From assembly GCF_964204865.1 (NCBI RefSeq), contig NC_135251.1:14818001-14882000 (forward strand): 64,000 bases of DNA, in the 5' to 3' direction. The notes under the pieces were generated by a model. That model ran no database searches. It was not told where the DNA came from and saw only the letters and a program-made list of their open reading frames with translations. This stretch comes from Styela clava. Lineage: Eukaryota. The position numbers were made by a program, and so were the translations under genes. Numbering within the stretch: the first letter of the stretch is position 1; each line of letters opens with the position of its first letter. Below are positions 1-13,514 of the stretch, piece by piece.

Positions 1-123
1 GTATACTGGAAGCAGACATGATGGAAAAGATAAAGTAAGATGGATGAATTATAATGATTGCAAAATGGATAAATACTTAAAAGTTTGAAATGATATATAT
101 GTATGCCAATTCATCGTTTAGAT

Positions 124-1012
124 CAGGGGTGTCAAACTCGTGGGTTTTCGAGGGCCGCATAGTATTTTGGGAATTGCGCCAAGGGTCGCGAACAGTTTTT
201 GATATATTTTGATAATGTATACCTTGGGCATATTTTAAGATAGATGTAGTTTGTGACATATATTGTAATGTAATTAAACAGCCGAATAAAGTTTTATTAT
301 GTTCTTAAATTTCAAATGCCGTTCACATATTAATTTCTTGCATTTTACTATTATTGCAATTTACTGTATTTATTACAAAAAATCAAAAAAAATTTTGTAC
401 AACTATCCAAAACATTTTTGAACAAATATTGATAAGGAAAGAATATTACATACACTAAAATGACCTAATCTAAATGTATAAACCTTAAATTTTACAAAAT
501 ACAGAATAAACTCAATGTTATTCATTACATTTGCCCTGACGTTTGGCATCTCTATTGCGCCAACAGCTTGCTAATATCAGGCTGAAATGATTTTACAGCA
601 CCAACTCTAATTAACGAGGTCACATGATCATCGGTTAATTTAGATTTTAGATCATTTTGAAATGCAGAAATATTGCAACACCCATTTTTATTCAAAAATG
701 CCACATTTTTCATGACTCTGCGTTTCATTTAATCACTGAAGTGTTTTCGTCAAGTATTTTTTGCTAGCTTGAGGTGTATTCATCATAATTGAATCAAAAT
801 GTGAACAAAAAACTGTAATTTTCCAAAACTACTTTCAGTAAATTGTCGTATTCTGTGTGAATAATCAATTTCACTTTGAAAGGGTTGAAAATGTATTACC
901 TTTAAATAAAAAACCTTACAAAATATTACAATTATTGTTAATCGTTCGAGGGCCGCATTGGAAGTCCTCTGGGGCCGTATGCGGCCGGCGGGCCGCGAGT
1001 TTGACACCACTG
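124..1012. mobile_element. Non-autonomous hAT (Charlie/Buster-like) MITE in a CYP26 intron
   Basis: TIRs CAGGGGTGTCAAACTC (124) and GAGTTTGACACCACTG (ends 1012); perfect 8-bp TSD GTTTAGAT at 116-123 and 1013-1020; subterminal GGGCCGC motifs. Confidence 0.9.
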
Positions 1013-1198
1013 GTTTAGATATTCAAATAAAGCAATGTCGGAAAATTTTTATAACAATAAACAGAATAAAAGTTCCAAAATTAATATCAATCTCTTGAAC
1101 GCGAAGAACAAGTATTGTCTAATACTTCGACTCATAAATAAATCAAAAATGTTTTTCATTGTTCCAACTTGGTGGTAATTAGTATTGCTATATTTCAG

Positions 1199-2926
1199 AT
1201 CAAACGGGTCGGAAGAAGAATCTGAAAACGGGTACAAACGACATAAGAAATGTGGATTCAGTATCGATGAGCTGAAGCAAAACGCTGTCGAACTTATGTT
1301 TGCTGGATTTAAAACAACAGCAAGTGGTATTTCATCACTTATTATACAGTTGACAAAATATCCAGATGTCAGAAAAAGGATTGAAGGAGAGTTGAAAGAA
1401 AATGGCCTACTCGCTGAGGGTTCTGTTGTGACGAGCTTGGAACAAATTCAAAAATTAACCTATCTCGAGCAAGTTGTGAAAGAGACTTTGAGAATAATGC
1501 CGCCAATCACGGGTGGATTTAGAAAGGCACGGAAAACATTTCGAATTGGGGTGAGAGATTCAAAACAGATAATCATATAAATTGCGTTATATTATTCTAA
1601 TTTTATATTTCCAATTGCGGTATATCATGTAATATCTTCTGTCACTCATATTTGCATCTTCACTGTTCACAATGAGGAGTGACCAGAAGTACGAGAATGA
1701 TATAAAATGACTTCTGGTTATTTTCTCACAATTTGACTTGAACAAAAATAATTTGAGAATTAAAGTTTTTGGACACGAAATTTACATATGGATCGTTTTG
1801 TTAATATTATTATGTTATTGTTGTTTGTTAATGTTTTAATTCTTCTTCTTGTTTTTCTCATTAACTATACTGGACCAATTGCTTCGAAAATTTCAGTGGG
1901 TAAATATTTCATTTTCCGCTAAAATGATATTACTTTTATTCATTCCTGTGGGCTTCGTTATTTATCTCTATGGGATTAGTTTGTTACGTGCGATGACGTC
2001 ACCAAAATTTAAAATTGCGCGTATTGTGGCAGTTTCATGCTAGCTGCGATCTGGTTGTCAGGCAAATTTGTGAAGACTGCGGTTCCTGGAGTCTACTGTG
2101 AGAGTACTACTTAATTTTGGCTTTTGTGTCCGTATATTTAAGCATCACTCTCTTGCTTAAATTTAGGATCCCAGAATGGAGTTTAACATTTTTCGGAAGG
2201 GCTGACAAAGAAATGAAAAAATCAGATTTTCTATTTTATTTGCTATACCACCGCAACACCAAAGTGTATTGGATCAAGTAACTAATTAAATATATTTTTC
2301 AACAGAATTATCGAATTCCAAAAGCCTGGACAGTGATTTATGACATCAGAGGCACTCACAAAAACGAATTTGAAAACAGCGATGTGTTTGACCCTGACAG
2401 ATTCTCTCGTGAAAACTGGACGAAAAACAAAGACAATAGATTCCGGTAATCCTTTTCACAAACGAATACTTGCAATTGTTATTGGACACGTATTGGACCG
2501 ATGTATCGCTGTTGTTGTTAATATTACCCGTGTAGTTATTGTTGTAAAAAATACCGTGTTGGGCGGGCAAACTGCTCCAAGTAAAATCTGGCGAAGACCA
2601 TATTCAACCATCCTAATAAACATCTCTTCAATTATCCTTACCTGTGATTTTCTGTTCCTAAAAGTAATGAAGTCTGCTAGTTTCGGTTGACAATCTTATA
2701 TTCTTTTTTTAGTTGGATACCCTTTGGAGGTGGACCGAGAATATGCCCGGGCAACCATTTCGCCAAACTTGTGATCAAGCTAACGGTCATAGAAATGATA
2801 GCACACTTTAAAGACTGGAAATTTTCCGGTGACGAGGAACCGTCTATGTCTGCTATTCCTATATTACAACCTCGCAACGGTCTTTGTATGAGACTGAAAT
2901 CTCGCCGTGCTCATAATCACGGATAG
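1199..2926 (+). CDS. CYP26: Cytochrome P450, CYP26 (retinoic acid hydroxylase) family-like; 3' part only, exons 1199-1550, 2306-2445, 2713-2926
   Basis: I-helix LKQNAVELMFAGFKTTAS, K-helix KETLR, YRIPKAWTVIYDIRGTH, FDPDRF and haem motif PFGGGPRICPG. All GT-AG junctions keep frame. Motifs resemble CYP26 (ELLFAAFFTTAS, YQIPKGWSVMYSIRDTH). 5' exons lie upstream of the window. Confidence 0.85.
1767..2030 (+). repeat. Dispersed repeat family copy (GGACACG ... ACTGGACCAATTGCTTYGAAATTTTCAG), possibly Helitron/DINE-like
   Basis: Shares long motifs with 8726-8950 (+) and 46060-46230 (-); ends approximate. Confidence 0.6.
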
Positions 2927-3044
2927 AAGATACAAGTATTTGGCAAATACAACCAAAGAAACTTTGACAAATATATATCCAACTTTTATTCATTTCAGCA
3001 TATAATCCTCAATCTGTAATCTAGGGGGATTTGGTGATCTATGG

Positions 3045-3359
3045 CAGGGCTACTCAACTATTTTTACCGAAGATTCGCATACAACTTCAAAATTATTTCG
3101 GTCCAGTCTTTCCAGAATTCATATATCGGCATCCTTAAAAACGCACACTTCCTCGACCGGCTAATGATTATTATTCAATCAAAATTGCTTATTATGGTGT
3201 TATAGTTCTTTTCATATATATTCAAAACTACAAGAGTCATTTTATAAAAGGAAACTTTAAAAGTGGGGCTAATGTTCTAAAATAAAGAATTAGGTGCGGT
3301 CCGAATCAAATACTCGAAGGTCCAGATTCGGACCGCGGTCCGCCAGTTGAGTAGCCCTG
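3045..3359. mobile_element. hAT MITE downstream of the CYP26 stop, probably in the 3' UTR
   Basis: TIRs CAGGGCTACTCAACT / AGTTGAGTAGCCCTG; 8-bp TSD ATCTATGG at 3037-3044 and 3360-3367; AATAAA follows at 3462. Confidence 0.92.
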
Positions 3360-4295
3360 ATCTATGGTATTTCCGACATCCTATAAATTCTGTAATTAGT
3401 CGGTTGTTTGAGTTTTTATATATTGTTTCATGTTTGATTGTTAACTACTGGTTGGATGATGAATAAACAATTATCTATCCATCATTCACAAAATATATCC
3501 ATCATTCAAGTATCCTACTTAAATTGTTGTTGTAGAATGACTTGTCTTTTTACCACTTGATACTTGGGGATTCGCCTCTTTTTTTACGCAAAATTAACCT
3601 CAGGCGAACCTGCCATTTTTGCCCTTTCATTATTTCATCGCTGGCACAATGAACCAAATTACTTTCGTGTTTGCCTGCATCAATATACGACGTGATGAAT
3701 GTTCGAATGATAAATTATGGGCACCATGTAAAGCATTTTGATCTTCGTCGAATATGAATACTGACAACATACTACTAACATCTTCTTTAAACATTTTGTG
3801 ATTTGTGCAAATACATATAATAATTAAAATACTTAGTTATGTGTAAAATAATCTTCATATTTAAGTCTTAAGCCATAGAAAATCACGACGCCGATTCGAA
3901 GGTGTTTTGAATGTTTTTGTAAATGTTTATATTACCATGTTGCCTAGAAAGGATTTTGTAACACGAAAATTCGACTCACCTTTACAAACTATATTAATTA
4001 ACAAACGCCCAGCCATTTTTGTGTTCAGCTATTAGGCATATTTTGATGCGTTTTAGGTATTTCCCCGTCACGAAAATAGTACGGCCATGTTGTATCACAC
4101 CACAATTATTTGATGCCATATATCTGCTATAATTCAATTAACCTATCCCTGTCATACAGGCCTTGTCTGCTCAAAGTTGCGTTCAACATGTTCATACCAA
4201 TTATAATGGTATACATTAGTCCGGTATTATACCTTGTTTACATTTAGAAATAAAGTAACTCCGTCACCCACGACATTTAACAAACCATCGCTACG

Positions 4296-4321
4296 CTATA
4301 TATATATATATATATATATAT
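4296..4321. repeat. (TA)n microsatellite
   Basis: About 13 TA units seen directly. Confidence 0.9.
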
Positions 4322-4898
4322 GAATAAAAATGAATATAAAAATGCATCGGCGTCCTTGCTTACTTCTGTAACATTGCTAATTAGTAAGACATCAACGGCG
4401 ACGTAACAATTAAAATTTCAGCAGTCGCTTCTTTCACTCGGAGAGATTTTTCTGGGGCGGTGGTAAACAAAAGTCAAGTTCTCTCGACATCACACACGAT
4501 CGACCGACCACTAAAGCTGCGACGAATCAGGTGTTGTCCACCTCTGCCCTCGAGTGACAAACGCATACAGAAGGGGAGACGCTTATTATCAGTCGTTCTG
4601 TCTGTCTTTCTAGATGTAGCGTCCAAACGGCTTGATCAATCTGGATGAAATTCTTCACGTGGGTTTTCCTGTCACTATAGTAATGTGCGTTTCATAGAAG
4701 ATCCGGATTGTTTCGTTTTCATTACAACAACAAAAAACGCGCCAATCGCCGATTTTTCCACAATTTATTGTCGCTTTCTCGTCAACCAAGTCAAAAATTG
4801 AAATTTCAAGAACTCTACCTCTTGCAGAAGAAAATACCCCATAACTGGGGAAGTATTAGGGATTTTAGTGAAGATTATTTCAATTATTAACTTCAGCA

Positions 4899-6309
4899 CA
4901 GGGTGATCCAAACTGCGGCCCGCGGGCCGCAGTCTGTGCGGCCCGCCGAATAATTTTAGCGTACACTACTAAACCATTGGAATATATTTGTATTTATTAG
5001 CAGAACAATTTTGATTTATTTTTAAACTATTCCAACTGGGAATAGTTCTTTTCCTAATCCCGATGTCGGGATTGATGTTTGTTAAAATCACGGAATTTCA
5101 TTGTTGTGTTTATAAACGTCAAGACGGTGCCTATATGGCAGTGCTTCTCAACCTGTGGTGAGCGTGCATGAAGAGCGTTGCATTATTGCAACAATTAACT
5201 TTTGAGTTGGTTAAAATATGGCGGCAACGCTTTATCTTACATTTGCTTCCAACGGGTTTATAGCGCTACCAGTTCCTGTCTTAAGATCACCCTCGACCGC
5301 TACTTCCACCTAAACAAAACGATGATTAAAGCTTTTCAGCTCTGACGGCAGACCACACAAATCATCTCGCGATTTTGCATGCAATTACGTTATTACTTTA
5401 TAGTTTATACAATTAATACGTTGAAACTTTGCACAAAGGTCTAAAATGGGTGTAGTGTCATATTAAATACTCCGCGAGTTTCTTTTGCCATTGGTCCCAA
5501 CCCCTGAAGAGAGTTTTGTCGGTGGTACGCGACCAGAGTAAAAAACACAAAAGTGGTACGCATCAGTAAAAGGGTATCAAAAGGTTAAAACTACTGCTAT
5601 ATGGGAATTACGTCTTGTGATCGATAAAAGAGGAATGAATTGTCTTGTGCAGACTGGACCAAGTCGATGAGATGGCTCGCGTCAAGAAACTCCTCATTTG
5701 AAAAAACGTTTTGTGCCTCCTCTATTCACAAGCGTTGGTCACGTGACAGCAGTGACGAACCGCAGAGCTGACTTAGTTCCGCGCAATCCAGTTTTTTTTA
5801 TATTTTTTATCTGGGTGTGAGGTCCCAACTTGGACGGACTTGGTTGTTTTTGATGGGAGCACTGGGCCTGCTCACGCTACAAGTAATAACTTTTTTCAAA
5901 TATAACAATTCATCATACAATGAGTGTAGAAAAAAGGTGACCGAAGTAAACTAAGATGAAACGTATTTCCTACACACAACAACGTTAAGCCACAGTGTCT
6001 GGTGTGTTTTCTAGTAATATCCGTCAAGAAAGAATATAATTTTAAGCGACATTACAAAACCAAACACGAAAAAAGATACCAAAAATATCACGATATTTCT
6101 CGGGATTCGGGAAGCAATTTAAAAAAAAAAACTAAAGGCTTTATATAGGTTCCTTGAAAAACTGATTAGAACGATAAGCGCTCATTCTTAAATAAATTTG
6201 AAGTGAGTAAATGCGCGATGTTTTAATTACTTTTGGGTTTTCTCCGACTGTGGCCCGCGAGACCTCCTCAAAAGGCGGCTCTTCAACCTCGCAACCATGG
6301 ACCACCCTG
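4899..6309. mobile_element. hAT non-autonomous element containing a nested MITE
   Basis: TIRs CAGGGTGATCCA / TGGACCACCCTG; TSD CTTCAGCA (4891-4898) / CTTCAGCG (6310-6317); GCGGCCCGCGGGCC subterminal motifs. Confidence 0.85.
5139..5596. mobile_element. hAT (Charlie-like) MITE nested in the 4899-6309 element
   Basis: Left TIR CAGTGCTTCTCAACCT, degenerate right TIR AGGTTAAAACTACTG; 8-bp TSD CTATATGG at 5131-5138 and 5597-5604. Confidence 0.85.
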
Positions 6310-6316
6310 CTTCAGC

Positions 6317-6521
6317 GGTTCCATTACATTTGAACCCACGTACATTTGAACCCATGACAATTGCACCTGTATGCTATTGCACCTATGGATTTTTTTTTTT
6401 GTTTCACGGATTGTTAAACCCATACTAACCCTAACCCATGGGTTTTAGCATCCGCATATAGATTGAACCCGTGGATATACGCATGGGTTCAAATGTACAT
6501 GGGTACAAATGTACGGTCACC
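6317..6521. mobile_element. Small palindromic MITE with TACATTTGAACCC subrepeats and an internal CTAACCCTAACCC motif
   Basis: Left arm TACATTTGAACCC repeats mirror right arm GGGTTCAAATGTA / GGGTACAAATGTA; no TSD found. Confidence 0.6.
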
Positions 6522-6651
6522 TGTAACCAATTGTAACAATTTATAATTTCGGCTTGTTACGTCACAATGGTTAGAAAGCAATTTTACGTGATCTTATCCC
6601 GATATCGCTCAAAATTATTCACGAATCGAGATAGTACATAATTGCTCTTCT

Positions 6652-8236
6652 GTATGGTGGCCCATCGTTGTCACGCGTAAAATTTAAAAAAAAAATGAAA
6701 AAGCGAAAATAAAAAAATAGTTGTGAAAAAACATAAAAATAATTGNNNNNNNNNNNNNNNNNNNNNNNNNNNNNNNNNNNNNNNNNNNNNNNNNNNNNNN
6801 NNNNNNNNNNNNNNNNNNNNNNNNNNNNNNNNNNNNNNNNNNNNNNNNNNNNNNNNNNNNNNNNNNNNNNNNNTCAAAAGGTTGACAACGATGGTCCGCC
6901 TCGTGGCCCATCGTTGTCACGCGTTTTTATTATCAGAAAATTTGATGCTGCTTGGGACCAACGTTGTCAGGCCTAATCCTACACGCACAAATGTGTTTCC
7001 TGGGTTTCTAACTCACTACTGATTTTCATGAGCAATATTTAATAAATTGAACATGAAAATGTTCTATAAATTCTTCATGCTACAAGTTCAACCACAAGCA
7101 ATACAATTATAATAATGATAAGAGAATATAGAATTGAATACGAAAAATTGTTTTTACGTGTAGAAGGTAATTTAATTGGAAAATGCTGCTTAACTGCTCA
7201 GTTGTCTGGACACTCGTGCGATGCCGGTGCGGTACCGTCTGACCATGCAATCACTCATGAAAGAATGGGAGATACGGATAGTCTCGTAGAAAAAGACTAC
7301 TGAAACACTCTCTGCGCCTGCCCCATACCGTACAGCCGTAACGTACCGATCCAGACAAATGATAAATCGCCCTTGCTCAACCATTTATTTCAATTCATAC
7401 CTCGACTCACTATATTCTACTAGGATCGAGGTATGGATTGAAATAAATGGTTGAGCACGGGCGATTTATCACTTGTCTGGATCGGTACTGTACGGTATGG
7501 GGCAGGCGCAGAGAGTGTCTCAGTAGTCTATATTCTACGAGACTATCCGTATCTCCCATTCTCTCATGAGTGATTGCATGGCTACCGGTACGGTCAGACG
7601 CAGAGGGACTATAACTGACTACCGGTATTTGGTAAGACGGTACGGTACCGGCATCGCGAGTGTCCAGACAACTGAGTAGTTAAGCAGCATTCTCCAATTC
7701 AATTACCTTCTACACGTAAAAACAAATTTTCCGAATTTTCGTATTCAATTCTATATTCTCTTATCCTTATTATAAATATATTACGTCTTGTTGAACTTGT
7801 AGCATGGAGAATTTATAGAACATTTTCATATTGAATATTGCTCAAGAAAATCAGTAGTGAGTTGGAAACCCAGGGAACACATTTGTGCGCGTAGGATTAT
7901 GCCTGACAACGTTGGTCCCAAGCAGAAGCAAATTTTCTAAAAATAAAAACGCGTGACAACGATGGGCCACGAGGCGGACCATCGTTGTCAACCTTTTTAT
8001 TTTCTTTTGATTCAATTTTTTTTTTTTTTTTAATTTTTTTTTTTTCAAATTTTTTTTCCATTCTTTTTTTTTCGTTTTTATTTTCAATTTTTTTTTTTTT
8101 AATTTTAATTTTTTTTATCATTTTTTTTTTCAATTATTTTTATGTTTTTTCACAACTATTTTTTTATTTTCGGTTTTTTATTTTATTTTTTATTTTTATT
8201 TTCAATTTTACGCGTGACAACGATGGGCCACCATAC
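6652..8236. mobile_element. ~1.6-kb foldback (fully palindromic) element
   Basis: Arm 6652-~7405 is the reverse complement of ~7427-8236 (GTATGGTGGCCCATCGTTGTCACGCGTAAAA ... TTTTACGCGTGACAACGATGGGCCACCATAC), with a ~20-nt loop; TTCT flanks both ends (6648-6651, 8237-8240). Confidence 0.9.
6746..6873. other. Assembly gap (128 N)
   Basis: Run of N inside the A-rich part of the left foldback arm. Confidence 0.99.
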
Positions 8237-8725
8237 TTCTGCAAGAGATATGCAGCGTTGTTCGGACATGTGGAAGTATTTTAGAAAACGCGATTTCGTT
8301 ATCCATTTATGTGACAAATTTTTATTGTTCGATGTACAAATTCTACTTCGAGATATTATAAAGTAAAACGGCATCATCTGCGCACTTGTTGGATGCCATT
8401 GAATATACGATTTTGCAAACTGATTCTGAATTTATCATTGTATGTTTTCATATTCATCAATCTTGGTACTTCAATATTTCTTTACATTTATTGAGACCTT
8501 ACCCATACAGTTAGTGATCTTCTTTTGAATCAAACGCCACAGGAGAAAAATTCGCGATGACGTAATCATTTTTGAAGAAATTGTACAGTATAAAAATGAT
8601 TTGTACCTGAGATGTCAGTTAACGGTTAAAATAAATCGTAACCGTTAATCATCTAAAATTAGTCAACCGGTCAACCATTCCGAGGCCTAATGTTAACATA
8701 GCTTATATAGTAGCATACATTAAAT

Positions 8726-8950
8726 ATTGGACACGTTTAGTGGACATAACGATCGTTTCGTTGTTATGTTGTTCTTTACCACGTGTTGAAGTAATCGCTT
8801 TTCTTTTTGATTACTGGACCAATTGCTTTGAAATTTTCAGTGGTTAAAGATAAAAATTTTCTTCAGAAGGCTATTACTTTATTTTTTATTTTGCTATGAC
8901 GTCATCAAAATTATTGCCATTAGGTGGCGCTACGTGTCCATATATTTGAC
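8726..8950 (+). repeat. Dispersed repeat family copy (same family as 1767-2030)
   Basis: TTGGACACG ... TTACTGGACCAATTGCTTTGAAATTTTCAGTGG ... TATTACTTT ... ATGACGTCA is shared. Confidence 0.65.
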
Positions 8951-10185
8951 CATAGCTCTCTTGTTAATAAATGTGGTGTTAAAATTGTTCCTATCGCATA
9001 GTTCTAAGTTAAGCTCCTCATATAGAGCTTTTAGCTGTTTTTCAGATTTCCATTTTGCTGGCCCATTATAGTTGCAGCCGTGCATGAGAATATGAAGCTT
9101 TTCAAATCAAACGCTAGCGGCTGTAGCCCTTATCGTTGAACCTCATTATGCTTGCAGGAAGAAAAATATTCAGATAATTTACTCTCGCCAACGAATGCTA
9201 CATCCTGGAACACGAAAATATCTGGAAAGGTGCATGGACACATAGGAAATGTGACGAAAACTTACACCCAACACCAAACTCTGAGGCCCGAGCCATACAA
9301 ACAATGACTACGGGTTGGGGAAATTTTGACTACAGCTCCGAAACTTCAATAAAATGCAATTTCGGAAACAAAACTTTGGCGTATGCGAGCCTTTTTACAA
9401 GTACTTGAGAATTCTTAGTCAACTCAATGCTTTTCGAGTTTCAGTCGGAAATTCTGACTTCAGGCCTGGCAACAGCTGGTATTTTATATCTTTAGAAAAA
9501 CATCCTACATTGTTCTGACGTCACAATCAATCAACCATTATCAGTCAACAAAAAAACGTCAACAATATTTTAATGACATCTAAAGATTGACGAAAGTCGA
9601 GCTTACTGTTTTTCATGTTTGTGATAATCGCATTGTTTTTTGGGACTTAAAGGTGAGACACGGCGGATGAATATTGGGGAGCTGCTTATAGTGTGTAGAA
9701 TAAGAAGCTGTTTACCTCACACTCGGCGTCGAGAAATAAGTGCCGGTAACGTACTCTGTGTACATATATATTAAAGCGCTGCACTATAATTTCAATATTT
9801 TATATTCACGAAATATCATAGTCCAGTCATAATTAAATTTATTTTAGGTGGATCTATTGATATTTATTTTAGTATTTTATATGCTGATATCTGGGGCGAG
9901 TATTCATTTCCCTGGGTTACTGTTTGAAAAGAGTACAATCATGTAGTGAAGTGAACGAACGGACATCAATGAGACGAGTTCGACAATCGTTTCACTAAAC
10001 TGGTTTAGCGTTTGTGTATTCGTCTATTCCGTACAATTGTTATCATATGAGACAAGTACGGTGGACGCGCTTGAATAACCAGAAATATTTCGATCGTCAT
10101 GTCGTCGACATATCAGTCGGCGGTGGCTCTACAAGAGTAGGCGCACGACAGGTTCAAGTAGAGAGGAAGAGATTATTATAAAAAT

Positions 10186-13100
10186 ATGGCATGCAAATCA
10201 ATGAAGGAAGAATTTTCTTTTAAAAAAATGGGATTTTCATGTAACGACAAAGAAAAAAGATCTTTTTACGTTTCCCAGGTAACGTTGTAATTTACAATAG
10301 TATTTTTGTTTAGCTTTTCATGTTTTACTAATGTAATAAAACAAATTGAAAATTTATGAGCTGGAATCGCAGAAATTATTTTTAAATCTGCACGGCATTG
10401 AAAATACTCGCCGTTTCGTTTTGAAAACTTGGCCAATGTGCATCTTGCATTTAGTCTTTAAACGCCTTTAATATATATTTAAAAAGCCAGTTAGGGTTTG
10501 AATTCCAGCGCAATCTACATCCCAAACTCGAACTGGATAATTACTTATTTTGGGGGGGGGGGGGGGATACTTTCTACAAAAGTTCTTTTTTGAAGAATTT
10601 CCTCCCTCTTAAGATTTGACGTTACCTATTGCAATGTCAGCGTGGAATCGTTTATACTTAAAACGATATTAACTAGTGCTTTTTTCGCAACAATATATTT
10701 AAATGCATAGCTGTTATCTGCCATCGGGTATTTCCAACTCCTGAGTCAAAGCTCATAAATTTGCTTTAATTAATCTATATTTAAAAATAAAAATCGATGG
10801 AATGAATTGAAAACAAATAAGTCGACAGCCAATCTCAACTAGCTGAAGTGTGATTGAACACGCATACTTAGCTTACAATCGGTAATCCACAGCGATTGGG
10901 ATTATTCGGATAGAATAATATTCTAGCTTACCGCTAATGATTAGCCATGTTCATGGTTCGAACTAACAACAAAATTTGTAATGAACATCGAAAACTACTG
11001 GAAATTCGTGTCTCCAATATTTATCATATTTCTATTGTCGAAAGAAAATTTGTATATTCGTGTAATTCAGACTTGACAATAGTTGTTGAAAATATGGTTG
11101 CTAGAATGCATTGTTTCTTATACAGAAATGTAATCGAATTGAGTCAAATAGCACAAATGATAAAATCTGGAGCGCTGTTGCAATATATTGATTTCATATG
11201 CAATCAACAATGATGCTCTTTTCTCTCGTTCACCAAAATTTGGTTTTATATGTCGATGTAACCAATGTATTTATATGTTACAGTGGGGACAAAATCGTGC
11301 AGTTTTCTTCATATATCGTCTGATGATTGCATTGTTATCACTTTCGTGGACCATAAGTTTCTACGTGTATTGGAGTATTCATTGTAAACGGCATGTCGCT
11401 AATGCATATCGATATATTACTTTATGGTCGGATTTCCTCAGAACAACATACTTTACGTCGGCCTTTGTGCTGTGTCTAGTGGGGCTGGCCAACGATAAAC
11501 GGAATATTGCTGAGCAAGGTAATTAAATGTAGGAATGAAAAGTATTTTGAAACATCGGGATGTCAATAGTTCATACCCAAAGTCACGTTCCATCGGTACT
11601 CCGGTACTCAGACAGCAAGAATTTATCTTAGTAGCAATCATTGGATTAACTTTTGCTAAAGTTTGCAAACATATTTCGCAACACTCACTTATCTTGAAAG
11701 ACATCGTGATTGTCACATATTGTATTCTAAAACAGTTCTTCAACTTTTTACTTCGTTTTATACCTTTTTCATTTCTTTTTTACTTCGTATACCCCACAAA
11801 TAATAAAGGTTATTTGATACTATAACGTAGTAAAGAGTTGTTTGGTAAAGTCATTACAGAAGTCTTTCTTTGATCCCAGGATATTACGTAGCCTGAATTA
11901 ACGAAAGACGTAGAAATTGACGTCGATTTTATGACTTTAGCTTGTATTCAGAATTTTCGAATAACCTACACTTAGCACTTTCTGTATATATCTCCGACAC
12001 TATTTTTTGTTGCGTGAATGGGGTCTACTCGCTCCCATAATTCACCTTGCAATTACAGTACTTGCGAAATAGTGAATTGCAATGTCGAACGTTAACTGCA
12101 TCTGTTTCGAAAACAAGAAAATGCCTGCAGAATATATTCGACGTCGAATATAGCTGGGAACTCTAGTACACCATTTGTTTTTGTATATACTCGGGATTTG
12201 ACTTGGTATACACTTGGGATACAGTATACCCGGTTCAATAACACTGGTATAGAACATCTCGGTATGGATGTTAATCCCCATGCCCGCCTCTGTATGTCAA
12301 AGGTTGTTAATGAACTGCCCTCTCTGTGAATATGTATTGCACTGATGCTTTAAAGTCAGTTGAATAAGCATCACGCTCATGCCGTATCACATATGATACG
12401 AATGCGTTTTCCCCTTCGAAAACCACTCCAATATGGTTTTAATTTTGTATATTATATTAAATTACGACAAAATATTTTCCCTCTTTGACAATATTCATCT
12501 GCGCAGGGCTTTTTATATTTTTTAGTTTTTTTGGTTCTTCAGCTCGCAAATTCACAATTCCCTATTGGTTGCTTTTTAGTGTACCTAATTGTTCGAAAGT
12601 AGAGATATGCTATATAGATGAACCACGCATGAACGGCTCTAATTCAGTGCTCGGTCGCGCATGCTTGAAAAAGTATTACTTGTCTTGTCGAAAAAATTAT
12701 ATCAGGAGACGCATCATCCACCAGTACGAACTATACGAAATACGTTTTGAGCAGACAACATGGTATTGTCTCTTGTATAGAAGAGGCTAATCCCCAAATA
12801 TCACGGTCGTGATTTTATCCTTGAATAATTAATTCCTGGATACAATACGTCGTACTACAGGTATGCATTAAAATGTACCGTTAAATAATGTTGAACCTAT
12901 AATTTTGTTTATCGGGTGACGGATGACTTGACATTATCATCGCTAACATATGAATTTAATTGTGAGCAGTTAAACTGCGTTGTAACATTATTTATTTGTT
13001 TTTGACTTTAGATTTTGTCAAATGGCTGCGAGGCATGGCGTGGTACCTCCACACAGTTTCTGTTCTGTCCAACTTTGCAGTTACAACATTTTATTGGACA

Positions 13101-13514
13101 TTTGTTGCACCTACTATGCCCGACGAAGAAGCATTCGGCATATTTAGTATACTGCTACATGCTTGCAACAGCGTTCTCATTATCTTAGACCTTGTCATCG
13201 TAGCATTCCCCGTACGCTTACTCCATTCCATATACGGCATGGCATTGGCGCTATTTTATGGCGTTTTTACTATTCTTCTATGGCGTGTCGGCGACACCTC
13301 GGCAGTATATGAGATTTTGGATTGGGAAGTAAATCCTGGAGTGGCCGCTGCTCTTATTCTGCTATCAGCTTTTGTTGGAAGCCCTCTGGCCCAATTATTG
13401 ACATTTGGGATATATATACTAAAAAATAAAGTTCGAAAACATATTCATAAATATTCAAGCACAGACGAAACAAATTCAATGATTGAAATAAAAACCGAGG
13501 AAGAACAAGCATGA
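10186..13514 (+). CDS. Protein rolling stone-like multi-pass membrane protein, copy 1; exons 10186-10278, 11284-11518, 13012-13514
   Basis: Spliced product has F(Y/V)xSQW, YITLWS, VTTFYW, HACNS, LDLxxxAFPVRLLHxxY and VYEILDW motifs of the rost / FAR-17a-AIG1-like family. Canonical, phase-compatible splice sites; several hydrophobic helices. Confidence 0.85.

Noticed and set aside
1300-1325. P450 I-helix lacks the usual acidic residue (AGFKTT)
   Set aside because: CYP26B/C-type enzymes also lack it (AAYATT, AAFFTT), so it is not evidence of novel chemistry
7851-8366. Lys-rich and Phe-rich short ORFs
   Set aside because: Translations of the A/T tracts of the foldback element
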